Part shown: positions 43,601 to 58,150 of the stretch, in pieces
Numbering within the stretch: the first letter of the stretch is position 1
Layout of the letters: every line of letters starts with the position of its first letter
Assembly (NCBI GenBank): GCA_964016885.1
Contig: OZ024745.1
Span: 1-64,000, forward strand
DNA from: Eledone cirrhosa
Taxonomy: Eukaryota
Direction of reading: 5' to 3'
DNA: 64,000 bases
Program-made: the position numbers and the translations under genes
The notes under the pieces: model-generated
The model's input: only the letters and a program-made list of their open reading frames with translations
Told to the model about the DNA's origin: nothing
Databases searched by the model: none

Positions 43601-46600
43601 GGTGTAGTGGTGACAGAAGTTATATAGGGTGTAGTGGTGACAGAAGTTATATATATAGGGTGTAGTGGTGACAGAGGTTATATATATAGGGTGTAGTGGT
43701 GACAGAAGTTATATATATAGGGTGTAGTGGTGACAGAAGTTATATATATAGGGTGTAGTGGTGACAGAAGTTATATATATAGGGTGGAGTGGTGACAGAA
43801 GTTATATATATATAGGGTGTAGTGGTGACAGAGGTTATATATATAGGGTGTAGTGGTGACAGAAGTTATATATATAGGGTGGAGTGGTGACAGAAGTTAT
43901 ATATATAGGGTGTAGTGGTGACAGAAGTTATATATATAGGGTGTAGTGGTGACAGAAGTTATATAGGGTGTAGTGGTGACAGAAGTTATATATATAGGGT
44001 GTAGTGGTGACAGATGTTATATATAGGGTGTAGTGGTGACAGAAGTTATATAGGGTGTAGTGGTGACAGAAGTTATATAGGGTGTAGTGGTGACAGAAGT
44101 TATATATATAGGGTGTAGTGGTGACAGAAGTTATATATATAGGGCGTAGTGGTGACAGAAGTTATATAGGGTGTAGTGGTGACAGAAGTTATATATATAG
44201 GGTGTAGTGGTGACAGAAGTTATATATATATAGGGTGTAGTGGTGACAGAAGTTATATATATAGGGTGTAGTGGTGACAGAGGTTATATATATAGGGTGT
44301 AGTGGTGACAGAAGTTATATAGGGTGTAGTGGTGACAGAAGTTATATATATAGGGTGTAGTGGTGACAGAAGTTATATAGGGTGTAGTGGTGACAGAAGT
44401 TATATAGGGTATAGTGGTGACAGATGTTATATATATAGGGGGTAGTGGTGACAGAAGTTATATAGGGTGTAGTGGTGACAGAGGTTATATAGGGTGTAGT
44501 GGTGACATGTTATATATATAGGGTGTAGTGGTGACAGAAGTTATATAGGGTGTAGTGGTGACAGAAGTTATATATATAGGGTGTAGTGGTGACAGAAGTT
44601 ATATAGGGTGTAGTGGTGACAGAAGTTATATAAGGTGTAGTGGTGACAGAAGTTATATATATAGGGTGTAGTGGTGACAGAAGTTATATAGGGTGTAGTG
44701 GTGACAGATGTTATATATATAGGGTGTAGTGGTGACAGAAGTTATATAGGGTGTAGTGGTGACAGAAGTTATATAGGGTGTAGTGGTGACAGAAGTTATA
44801 TAGGGTGTAGTGGTGACAGAAGTTATATATATAGGGTGTAGTGGTGACAGAAGTTATATATATATAGGGTGTAGTGGTGACAGAGGTTATATATATAGGG
44901 TGTAGTGGTGACAGAGGTTATATATATAGGGTGTAGTGGTGACAGAAGTTATATATATAGGGTGTAGTGGTGACAGATGTTATATATATAGGGTGTAGTA
45001 GTGACAGAAGTTATATATATAGGGTGTAGTGGTGACAGAGGTTATATATATAGGGTGTAGTGGTGACAGAAGTTATATAGGGTGTAGTGGTGACAGAAGT
45101 TATGTAGGGTGTAGTGGTGACAGATGTTATATAGGATGTAGTGGTGACAGAAGTTATATATATAGGGTGTAGTAGTGACAGAAGTTATATATATAGGGTG
45201 TAGTGGTGACAGAAGTTATATAGGGTGTAGTGGTGACAGAAGTTATATAGGGTGTAGTGGTGACAGATGTTATATAGGGTGTAGTGGTGACAGAAGTTAT
45301 ATATATAGGGTGTAGTGGTGACAGAGGTATATATATATATGGTGTAGTGGTGACAGAAGTTATATAGGGTGTAGTAGTGACAGAAGTTATATAGGGTGTA
45401 GTGGTGACAGAAGTTATATAGGGTGTAGTGGTGACAGAAGTTATATAGGGTGTAGTGGTGACAGAAGTTATATAGGGTGTAGTGGTGACAGAGGTTATAT
45501 AGGGTGTAGTGGTGACAGAAGTTATATATATAGGGTGTAGTGGTGACAGATGTTATATAGGGTGTAGTGGTGACAGAAGTTATATAGGGTGTAGTGGTGA
45601 CAGAAGTTATATAGGGTGTAGTGGTGACAGATGTATATATATAGGGTGTAGTGGTGACAGAAGTTATATATATAGGGTGTAGTGGTGACAGAAGTTATAT
45701 AGGGTGTAGTGGTGACAGAAGTTATATAGGGTGTAGTAGTGACAGAAGTTATATATATAGGGTGTAGTGGTGACAGAAGTTATATAGGGTGTAGTGGTGA
45801 CAGAAGTTATATATATAGGGTGTAGTGGTGACAGAAGTTATATAGGGTGTAGTGGTGACAGAAGTTATATATATAGGGTGTAGTGGTGACAGAAGTTATA
45901 TAGGGTGTAGTGGTGACAGAAGTTATATATATAGGGTGTAGTGGTGACAGAAGTTATATAGGGTGTAGTGGTGACAGAAGTTATATAGGGTGTAGTGGTG
46001 ACAGAAGTTATATATATAGGGTGTAGTGGTGACAGATGTTATATATATAGGGTGTAGTGGTGACAGAAGTTATATATATAGGGTGTAGTGGTGACAGAGG
46101 TTATATATATAGGGTGTAGTGGTGACAGAAGTTATATATATAGGGGGTAGTGGTGACAGAAGTTATATAGGGTGTAGTAGTGACAGAAGTTATATATATA
46201 GGGTGTAGTGGTGACAGAGGTTATATATATAGGGTGTAGTGGTGACAGAAGTTATATATATAGGGCGTAGTGGTGACAGAAGTTATATAGGGTGTAGTGG
46301 TGACAGAAGTTATATATATAGGGTGTAGTGGTGACAGAAGTTATATAGGGTGTAGTGGTGACAGAAGTTATATATATAGGGTGTAGTGGTGACAGAAGTT
46401 ATATATATAGGGTGTAGTGGTGACAGAAGTTATATATATAGGGTGTAGTGGTGACAGAAGTTATATATATAGGGCGTAGTGGTGACAGAAGTTATATATA
46501 TAGGGTGTAGTGGTGACAGAAGTTATATATATAGGGTGTAGTGGTGACAGAGTTATATATATAGGGTGTAGTGGTGACAGAAGTTATATATATAGGGTGT

Positions 46601-49600
46601 AGTGGTGACAGAAGTTATATAGGGTGTAGTGGTGACAGAAGTTATATATATAGGGTGTAGTGGTGACAGAAGTTATATAGGGTGTAGTGGTGACAGAAGT
46701 TATATATATAGGGTGTAGTGGTGACAGAAGTTATATATATAGGGCGTAGTGGTGACAGAAGTTATATAGGGTGTAGTGGTGACAGAAGTTATATATATAG
46801 GGTGTAGTGGTGACAGAAGTTATATATATATAGGGTGTAGTGGTGACAGAAGTTATATATATAGGGTGTAGTGGTGACAGAGGTTATATATATAGGGTGT
46901 AGTGGTGACAGAAATTATATAGGGTGTAGTGGTGACAGAAGTTATATATATAGGGTGTAGTGGTGACAGAAGTTATATAGGGTGTAGTGGTGACAGAAGT
47001 TATATAGGGTGTAGTGGTGACAGATGTTATATATATAGGGGGTAGTGGTGACAGAAGTTATATAGGGTGTAGTGGTGACAGAGGTTATATAGGGTGTAGT
47101 GGTGACATGTTATATATATAGGGTGTAGTGGTGACAGAAGTTATATAGGGTGTAGTGGTGACAGAAGTTATATAGGGTGTAGTGGTGACAGAAGTTATAT
47201 ATATAGGGTGTAGTGGTGACAGAAGTTATATAGGGTGTAGTGGTGACAGAAGTTATATAAGGTGTAGTGGTGACAGAAGTTATATATATAGGGTGTAGTG
47301 GTGACAGAAGTTATATAGGGTGTAGTGGTGACAGATGTTATATATATAGGGTGTAGTGGTGACAGAAGTTATATAGGGTGTAGTGGTGACAGAAGTTATA
47401 TAGGGTGTAGTGGTGACAGAAGTTATATAGGGTGTAGTGGTGACAGAAGTTATATATATAGGGTGTAGTGGTGACAGAAGTTATATATATATAGGGTGTA
47501 GTGGTGACAGAGGTTATATATATAGGGTGTAGTGGTGACAGAGGTTATATATATAGGGTGTAGTGGTGACAGAAGTTATATATATAGGGTGTAGTGGTGA
47601 CAGATGTTATATATATAGGGTGTAGTAGTGACAGAAGTTATATATATAGGGTGTAGTGGTGACAGAGGTTATATATATAGGGTGTAGTGGTGACAGAAGT
47701 TATATAGGGTGTAGTGGTGACAGAAGTTATGTAGGGTGTAGTGGTGACAGATGTTATATAGGGTGTAGTGGTGACAGAAGTTATATATATAGGGTGTAGT
47801 AGTGACAGAAGTTATATATATAGGGTGTAGTGGTGACAGAGGTTATATATATATGGTGTAGTGGTGACAGAGGTTATATAGGGTGTAGTAGTGACAGAAG
47901 TTATATAGGGTGTAGTGTTGACAGAAGTTATATAGGGTGTAGTGGTGACAGAAGTTATATAGGGTGTAGTGGTGACAGAGGTTATATAGGGTGTAGTGGT
48001 GACAGAAGTTATATATATAGGGTGTAGTGGTGACAGATGTTATATAGGGTGTAGTGGTGACAGAAGTTATATAGGGTGTAGTGGTGACAGAAGTTATATA
48101 GGGTGTAGTGGTGACAGATGCTATATATATAGGGTGTAGTGGTGACAGAAGTTATATATATATAGGGTGTAGTGGTGACAGAAGTTATATAGGGTGTAGT
48201 GGTGACAGAAGTTATATAGGGTGTAGTAGTGACAGAAGTTATATATATAGGGTGTAGTGGTGACAGAAGTTATATAGGGTGTAGTGGTGACAGAAGTTAT
48301 ATATATAGGGTGTAGTGGTGACAGAAGTTATATAGGGTGTAGTGGTGACAGAAGTTATATATATAGGGTGTAGTGGTGACAGAAGTTATATATATAGGGC
48401 GTAGTGGTGACAGAAGTTATATAGGGTGTAGTGGTGACAGAAGTTATATATATAGGGTGTAGTGGTGACAGAAGTTATATATATAGGGTGTACTGGTGAC
48501 AGGTTATATATATAGGGTGTAGTGGTGACAGAAGTTATATAGGGTGTAGTGGTGACAGAGGTTATATAGGGTGTAGTGGTGACAGAAGTTATATATATAG
48601 GGTGTAGTGGTGACAGAAGTTATATAGGGTGTAGTGGTGACAGAGGTTATATAGGGTGTAGTGGTGACAGAAGTTATATATATAGGGTGTAGTGGTGACA
48701 GAAGTTATATAGGGTGTAGTGGTGACAGAAGTTATATAGGGTGTAGTAGTGACAGAAGTTATATATATAGGGTGTAGTGGTGACAGAAGTTATATAGGGT
48801 GTAGTGGTGACAGAAATTATATATATAGGGTGTAGTGGTGACAGATGTTATATAGGGTGTAGTGGTGACAGAAGTTATATAGGGTGTAGTGGTGACAGAT
48901 GTTATATAGGGGGTAGTGGTGACAGAAGTTATATAGGGTGTAGTGGTGACGGAAGTTATATAGGGTGTAGTGGTGACAGAAGTTATATAGGGTGTAGTGG
49001 TGACAGAAGTTATATATATAGGGTGTAGTGGTGACAGAAGTTATATATATAGGGCGTAGTGGTGACAGAAGTTATATAGGGTGTAGTGGTGACAGAAGTT
49101 ATATATATAGGGTGTAGTGGTGACAGAGGTTATATATATATAGGGTGTAGTGGTGACAGAAGTTATATAGGGTGTAGTGGTGACAGAGGTAATATAGGGT
49201 GTAGTGGTGACAGAAGTTATATATATAGGGTGTAGTGGTGACAGATGTTATATAGGGTGTAGTGGTGACAGAAGTTATATAGGGTGTAGTGGTGACAGAT
49301 GTTATATAGGGGGTAGTGGTGACAGAAGTTATATATGGTGTAGTGGTGACAGAAGTTATATAGGGTGTAGTGGTGACAGAAGTTATATATGGTGTAGTGG
49401 TGACAGAAGTTATATAGGGTGTAGTGGTGACAGAAGTTATATATATAGGGTGTAGTGGTAACAGAAGTTATATATATAGGGTGTAGTGGTGACAGATGTT
49501 ATATAGGGTGTAGTGGTGACAGAAGTTATATAGGGTGTAGTGGTGACAGATGTTATATAGGGTGTAGTGGTGACAGAAGTTATATAGGGGGTAGTGGTAA

Positions 49601-52600
49601 CAGAAGTTATATAGGGTGTAGTGGTGACAGATGTTATATAGGGTGTAGTGGTGACAGAAGTTATATATATAGGGTGTAGTAGTGACAGAAGTTATATATA
49701 TAGGGTGTAGTGGTGACAGAAGTTATATAGGGTGTAGTTGTGACAGAAGTTATATAGGGTGTAGTGGTGACAGATGTTATATAGGGTGTAGTGGTGACAG
49801 AAGTTATATATATAGGGTGTAGTGGTGACAGAGGTTATATATATATGGTGTAGTGGTGACAGAAGTTATATAGGGTGTAGTAGTGACAGAAGTTATATAG
49901 GGTGTAGTGGTGACAGAAGTTATATAGGGTGTAGTGGTGACAGAGGTTATATAGGGTGTAGTGGTGACAGAAGTTATATATATAGGGTGCAGTGGTGACA
50001 GATGTTATATAGGGTGTAGTGGTGACAGAAGTTATATAGGGTGTAGTGGTGACAGAAGTTATATAGGGTGTAGTGGTGACAGAAGTTATATAGGGTGTAG
50101 TGGTGACAGAAGTTATATAGGGTGTAGTGGTGACAGATGTTATATATATAGGGTGTAGTGGTGACAGAAGTTATATATATAGGGTGTAGTGGTGACAGAA
50201 GTTATATAGGGTGTAGTGGTGACAGAAGTTATATAGGGTGTAGTGGTGACAGAAGTTATATAGGGTGTAGTGGTGACAGAAGTTATATAGGGTGTAGTAG
50301 TGACAGAAGTTATATATATAGGGTGTAATGGTGACAGAAGTTATATAGGGTGTAGTGGCGACAGAAGTTATATATATAGGGTGTAGTGGTGACAGAAGTT
50401 ATATAGGGCGTAGTGGTGACAGAAGTTATATATATAGGGTGTAGTGGTGACAGAAGTTATATATATAGGGCGTAGTGGTGACAGAAGTTATATAGGGTGT
50501 AGTGGTGACAGAAGTTATATATATAGGGTGTAGTGGTGACAGAAGTTATATATATAGGGTGTAGTGGTGACAGAAGTTATATATATAGGGTGTAGTGGTG
50601 ACAGAGGTTATATATATAGGGTGTAGTGGTGACAGAAGTTATATAGGGTGTAGTGGTGACAGAGGTTATATAGGGTGTAGTGGTGACAGAGGTTATATAG
50701 GGTGTAGTGGTGACAGAAGTTATATATATAGGGTGTAGTGGTGACAGATGTTATATAGGGTGTAGTGGTGACAGAAGTTATATAGGGTGTAGTGGTGACA
50801 GATGTTATATAGGGGGTAGTGGTGACAGAAGTTATATAGGGTGTAGTGGTGACAGAAGTTATATAGGGTGTAGTGGTGACAGAAGTTATATATGGTGTAG
50901 TGGTGACAGAAGTTATATATATAGGGTGTAGTGGTGACAGATGTTATATAGGGTGTAGTGGTGACAGAAGTTATATAGGGTGTAGTGGTGACAGAAGTTA
51001 TATAGGGTGTAGTGGTGACAGATGTTATATATATAGGGTGTAGTGGTGACAGAAGTTATATATATAGGGTGTAGTGGTGACAGAAGTTATATAGGGTGTA
51101 GTAGTGACAGAAGTTATATATATAGGGTGTAGTGGTGACAGAAGTTATATAGGGTGTAGTGGTGACAGAAGTTATATATATAGGGTGTAGTGGTGACAGA
51201 AGTTATATAGGGTGTAGTGGTGACAGAAGTTATATATATAGGGTGTAGTGGTGACAGAAGTTATATAGGGTGTAGTGGTGACAGAAGTTATATATATAGG
51301 GTGTAGTGGTGACAGAAGTTATATAGGGTGTAGTGGTGACAGAAGTTATATAGGGTGTAGTGGTGACAGAAGTTATATATATAGGGTGTAGTGGTGACAG
51401 ATGTTATATATATAGGGTGTAGTGGTGACAGATGTTATATATATAGGGTGTAGTGGTGACAGAGGTTATATATATAGGGTGTAGTGGTGACAGAAGTTAT
51501 ATATATAGGGGGTAGTGGTGACAGAAGTTATATAGGGTGTAGTAGTGACAGAAGTTATATATATAGGGTGTAGTGGTGACAGAGGTTATATATATAGGGT
51601 GTAGTGGTGACAGAAGTTATATATATAGGGCGTAGTGGTGACAGAAGTTATATAGGGTGTAGTGGTGACAGAAGTTATATATATAGGGTGTAGTGGTGAC
51701 AGAAGTTATATAGGGTGTAGTGGTGACAGAAGTTATATATATAGGGTGTAGTGGTGACAGAAGTTATATATATAGGGTGTAGTGGTGACAGAAGTTATAT
51801 ATATAGGGTGTAGTGGTGACAGAAGTTATATATATAGGGCGTAGTGGTGACAGAAGTTATATATATAGGGTGTAGTGGTGACAGAAGTTATATATATAGG
51901 GTGTAGTGGTGACAGAGTTATATATATAGGGTGTAGTGGTGACAGAAGTTATATATATAGGGTGTAGTGGTGACAGAAGTTATATAGGGTGTAGTGGTGA
52001 CAGAAGTTATATATATAGGGTGTAGTGGTGACAGAAGTTATATAGGGTGTAGTGGTGACAGAAGTTATATATATAGGGTGTAGTGGTGACAGAAGTTATA
52101 TATATAGGGCGTAGTGGTGACAGAAGTTATATAGGGTGTAGTGGTGACAGAAGTTATATATATAGGGTGTAGTGGTGACAGAAGTTATATATATATAGGG
52201 TGTAGTGGTGACAGAAGTTATATATATAGGGTGTAGTGGTGACAGAGGTTATATATATAGGGTGTAGTGGTGACAGAAATTATATAGGGTGTAGTGGTGA
52301 CAGAAGTTATATATATAGGGTGTAGTGGTGACAGAAGTTATATAGGGTGTAGTGGTGACAGAAGTTATATAGGGTGTAGTGGTGACAGATGTTATATATA
52401 TAGGGGGTAGTGGTGACAGAAGTTATATAGGGTGTAGTGGTGACAGAGGTTATATAGGGTGTAGTGGTGACATGTTATATATATAGGGTGTAGTGGTGAC
52501 AGAAGTTATATAGGGTGTAGTGGTGACAGAAGTTATATAGGGTGTAGTGGTGACAGAAGTTATATATATAGGGTGTAGTGGTGACAGAAGTTATATAGGG

Positions 52601-55600
52601 TGTAGTGGTGACAGAAGTTATATAAGGTGTAGTGGTGACAGAAGTTATATATATAGGGTGTAGTGGTGACAGAAGTTATATAGGGTGTAGTGGTGACAGA
52701 TGTTATATATATAGGGTGTAGTGGTGACAGAAGTTATATAGGGTGTAGTGGTGACAGAAGTTATATAGGGTGTAGTGGTGACAGAAGTTATATAGGGTGT
52801 AGTGGTGACAGAAGTTATATATATAGGGTGTAGTGGTGACAGAAGTTATATATATATAGGGTGTAGTGGTGACAGAGGTTATATATATAGGGTGTAGTGG
52901 TGACAGAGGTTATATATATAGGGTGTAGTGGTGACAGAAGTTATATATATAGGGTGTAGTGGTGACAGATGTTATATATATAGGGTGTAGTAGTGACAGA
53001 AGTTATATATATAGGGTGTAGTGGTGACAGAGGTTATATATATAGGGTGTAGTGGTGACAGAAGTTATATAGGGTGTAGTGGTGACAGAAGTTATGTAGG
53101 GTGTAGTGGTGACAGATGTTATATAGGGTGTAGTGGTGACAGAAGTTATATATATAGGGTGTAGTAGTGACAGAAGTTATATATATAGGGTGTAGTGGTG
53201 ACAGAGGTTATATATATATGGTGTAGTGGTGACAGAGGTTATATAGGGTGTAGTAGTGACAGAAGTTATATAGGGTGTAGTGTTGACAGAAGTTATATAG
53301 GGTGTAGTGGTGACAGAAGTTATATAGGGTGTAGTGGTGACAGAGGTTATATAGGGTGTAGTGGTGACAGAAGTTATATATATAGGGTGTAGTGGTGACA
53401 GATGTTATATAGGGTGTAGTGGTGACAGAAGTTATATAGGGTGTAGTGGTGACAGAAGTTATATAGGGTGTAGTGGTGACAGATGCTATATATATAGGGT
53501 GTAGTGGTGACAGAAGTTATATATATATAGGGTGTAGTGGTGACAGAAGTTATATAGGGTGTAGTGGTGACAGAAGTTATATAGGGTGTAGTAGTGACAG
53601 AAGTTATATATATAGGGTGTAGTGGTGACAGAAGTTATATAGGGTGTAGTGGTGACAGAAGTTATATATATAGGGTGTAGTGGTGACAGAAGTTATATAG
53701 GGTGTAGTGGTGACAGAAGTTATATATATAGGGTGTAGTGGTGACAGAAGTTATATATATAGGGCGTAGTGGTGACAGAAGTTATATAGGGTGTAGTGGT
53801 GACAGAAGTTATATATATAGGGTGTAGTGGTGACAGAAGTTATATATATAGGGTGTACTGGTGACAGGTTATATATATAGGGTGTAGTGGTGACAGAAGT
53901 TATATAGGGTGTAGTGGTGACAGAGGTTATATAGGGTGTAGTGGTGACAGAAGTTATATATATAGGGTGTAGTGGTGACAGAAGTTATATAGGGTGTAGT
54001 GGTGACAGAGGTTATATAGGGTGTAGTGGTGACAGAAGTTATATATATAGGGTGTAGTGGTGACAGAAGTTATATAGGGTGTAGTGGTGACAGAAGTTAT
54101 ATAGGGTGTAGTAGTGACAGAAGTTATATATATAGGGTGTAGTGGTGACAGAAGTTATATAGGGTGTAGTGGTGACAGAAATTATATATATAGGGTGTAG
54201 TGGTGACAGATGTTATATAGGGTGTAGTGGTGACAGAAGTTATATAGGGTGTAGTGGTGACAGATGTTATATAGGGGGTAGTGGTGACAGAAGTTATATA
54301 GGGTGTAGTGGTGACGGAAGTTATATAGGGTGTAGTGGTGACAGAAGTTATATAGGGTGTAGTGGTGACAGAAGTTATATATATAGGGTGTAGTGGTGAC
54401 AGAAGTTATATATATAGGGCGTAGTGGTGACAGAAGTTATATAGGGTGTAGTGGTGACAGAAGTTATATATATAGGGTGTAGTGGTGACAGAGGTTATAT
54501 ATATATAGGGTGTAGTGGTGACAGAAGTTATATAGGGTGTAGTGGTGACAGAGGTAATATAGGGTGTAGTGGTGACAGAAGTTATATATATAGGGTGTAG
54601 TGGTGACAGATGTTATATAGGGTGTAGTGGTGACAGAAGTTATATAGGGTGTAGTGGTGACAGATGTTATATAGGGGGTAGTGGTGACAGAAGTTATATA
54701 GGGTGTAGTGGTGACAGAAGTTATATATGGTGTAGTGGTGACAGAAGTTATATAGGGTGTAGTGGTGACAGAAGTTATATATATAGGGTGTAGTGGTAAC
54801 AGAAGTTATATATATAGGGTGTAGTGGTGACAGATGTTATATAGGGTGTAGTGGTGACAGAAGTTATATAGGGTGTAGTGGTGACAGATGTTATATAGGG
54901 TGTAGTGGTGACAGAAGTTATATAGGGGGTAGTGGTAACAGAAGTTATATAGGGTGTAGTGGTGACAGATGTTATATAGGGTGTAGTGGTGACAGAAGTT
55001 ATATATATAGGGTGTAGTAGTGACAGAAGTTATATATATAGGGTGTAGTGGTGACAGAAGTTATATAGGGTGTAGTTGTGACAGAAGTTATATAGGGTGT
55101 AGTGGTGACAGATGTTATATAGGGTGTAGTGGTGACAGAAGTTATATATATAGGGTGTAGTGGTGACAGAGGTTATATATATATGGTGTAGTGGTGACAG
55201 AAGTTATATAGGGTGTAGTAGTGACAGAGGTTATATAGGGTGTAGTGGTGACAGAAGTTATATAGGGTGTAGTGGTGACAGAGGTTATATAGGGTGTAGT
55301 GGTGACAGAAGTTATATATATAGGGTGCAGTGGTGACAGATGTTATATAGGGTGTAGTGGTGACAGAAGTTATATAGGGTGTAGTGGTGACAGAAGTTAT
55401 ATAGGGTGTAGTGGTGACAGAAGTTATATAGGGTGTAGTGGTGACAGAAGTTATATAGGGTGTAGTGGTGACAGATGTTATATATATAGGGTGTAGTGGT
55501 GACAGAAGTTATATATATAGGGTGTAGTGGTGACAGAAGTTATATAGGGTGTAGTGGTGACAGAAGTTATATAGGGTGTAGTGGTGACAGAAGTTATATA

Positions 55601-58150
55601 GGGTGTAGTGGTGACAGAAGTTATATAGGGTGTAGTAGTGACAGAAGTTATATATATAGGGTGTAATGGTGACAGAAGTTATATAGGGTGTAGTGGCGAC
55701 AGAAGTTATATATATAGGGTGTAGTGGTGACAGAAGTTATATAGGGCGTAGTGGTGACAGAAGTTATATATATAGGGTGTAGTGGTGACAGAAGTTATAT
55801 ATATAGGGCGTAGTGGTGACAGAAGTTATATAGGGTGTAGTGGTGACAGAAGTTATATATATAGGGTGTAGTGGTGACAGAAGTTATATATATAGGGTGT
55901 AGTTGTGACAGAAGTTATATATATAGGGTGTAGTGGTGACAGAGGTTATATATATAGGGTGTAGTGGTGACAGAAGTTATATAGGGTGTAGTGGTGACAG
56001 AGGTTATATAGGGTGTAGTGGTGACAGAGGTTATATAGGGTGTAGTGGTGACAGAAGTTATATATATAGGGTGTAGTGGTGACAGATGTTATATAGGGTG
56101 TAGTGGTGACAGAAGTTATATAGGGTGTAGTGGTGACAGATGTTATATAGGGGGTAGTGGTGACAGAAGTTATATAGGGTGTAGTGGTGACAGAAGTTAT
56201 ATAGGGTGTAGTGGTGACAGAAGTTATATATGGTGTAGTGGTGACAGAAGTTATATAGGGTGTAGTGGTGACAGAAGTTATATATATAGGGTGTAGTGGT
56301 AACAGAAGTTATATATATAGGGTGTAGTGGTGACAGATGTTATATAGGGTGTAGTGGTGACAGAAGTTATATAGGGGGTAGTGGTGACAGAGGTTATATA
56401 GGGTGTAGTGGTGACAGAAGTTATATAGGGTGTAGTGGTGACAGATGTTATATAGGGTGTAGTGGTGACAGATGTTATATAGGGTGTAGTGGTGACAGAA
56501 GTTATATATATAGGGTGTAGTGGTGACAGAAGTTATATAGGGTGTAGTGGTGACAGATGTTATATAGGGTGTAGTGGTGACAGAAGTTATATAGGGGGTA
56601 GTGGTGACAGAGGTTATATAGGGTGTAGTGGTGACAGAAATTATATAGGGTGTAGTGGTGACATGTTATATAGGGTGTAGTGGTGACAGAAGTTATATAT
56701 ATAGGGTGTAGTGGTGACAGAAGTTATATAGGGTGTAGTGGTGACAGAAGTTATATAGGGTGTAGTGGTGACAGATGTTATATAGGGTGTAGTGGTGACA
56801 GAAGTTATATATATAGGGTGTAGTGGTGACAGATGTTATATAGGGGGTAGTGGTGACAGAAGTTATATATATAGGGTGTAGTGGTAACAGAAGTTATATA
56901 GGGTGTAGTGGTGACAGAAGTTATATAGGGTGTAGTGGTAACAGAAGTTATATATATAGGGTGTAGTGGTGACAGATGTTATATAGGGGGTAGTGGTGAC
57001 AGAAGTTATATAGGGGGTAGTGGTGACAGAAGTTATATATATAGGGTGTAGTGGTAACAGAAGTTATATAGGGTGTAGTGGTGACAGAAGTTATATATAT
57101 AGGGTGTAGTGGTGACAGAAGTTATATATATAGGGTGTAGTGGTGACAGAAGTTATATATATAGGGCGTAGTGGTGACAGAAGTTATATAGGGTGTAGTG
57201 GTGACAGAAGTTATATATATAGGGTGTAGTGGTGACAGAAGTTATATAGGGTGTAGTGGTGACAGAAGTTATATAGGGTGTAGTGGTGACAGATGTTATA
57301 TAGGGTGTAGTGGTGACAGAAGTTATATATACAGGGTGTAGTGGTGACAGAAGTTATATAGGGTGTAGTGGTGACAGAAGTTATATAGGGTGTAGTGGTG
57401 ACAGAAGTTATATAGGGTGTAGTGGTGACAGAAGTTATATATATAGGGTGTAGTGGTGACAGAAGTTATATATATATAGGGTGTAGTGGTGACAGAGGTT
57501 ATATATATAGGGTGTAGTGGTGACAGAAGTTATATATATAGGGTGGAGTGGTGACAGAAGTTATATAGGGTGTAGTGGTGACAGAAGTTATATAGGGTGT
57601 AGTGGTGAGAGAAGTTATATATATAGGGTGTAGTGGTGACAGAAGTTATATATATATAGGGTGTAGTGGTGACAGAGGTTATATATATATAGGGTGTAGT
57701 GGTGACAGAAGTTATATATATAGGGTGGAGTGGTGACAGAAGTTATATATATAGGGTGTAGTGGTGACAGAAGTTATATATATATAGGGTGTAGTGGTGA
57801 CAGAGGTTATATATATAGGGTGTAGTGGTGACAGAAGTTATATATATAGGGTGGAGTGGTGACAGAAGTTATATATATATAGGGTGTAGTGGTGACAGAG
57901 GTTATATATATAGGGTGTAGTGGTGACAGAAGTTATATATATAGGGTGGAGTGGTGACAGAAGTTATATATATAGGGTGTAGTGGTGACAGAAGTTATAT
58001 ATATAGGGTGTAGTGGTGACAGAAGTTATATAGGGTGTAGTGGTGACAGAAGTTATATATATAGGGTGTAGTGGTGACAGATGTTATATATAGGGTGTAG
58101 TGGTGACAGAAGTTATATAGGGTGTAGTGGTGACAGAAGTTATATAGGGT
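25690..58150 (+). repeat. Higher-order repeat domain: about 8.8 kb block present as about four complete or mosaic copies
   Basis: Identical ORF translations at 29419/38211/47830/53195, 30424/39185/48804/54169 and 31048/39809/49455/54793. Marker GTACTGGTGACAGG at 30082/38874/48493/53858. Marker GGGTATAG at ~26026/~34794/~44410. Boundaries approximate. Confidence 0.88.

Noticed and set aside
175-56680. Plus-strand (GCSGDRSYI)n ORFs as Cys-rich repeat proteins or peptide precursors
   Set aside because: They arise wherever several 27/33-bp units run together, start at GTG codons and are broken by each 31-bp unit. There is no sign of frame conservation.
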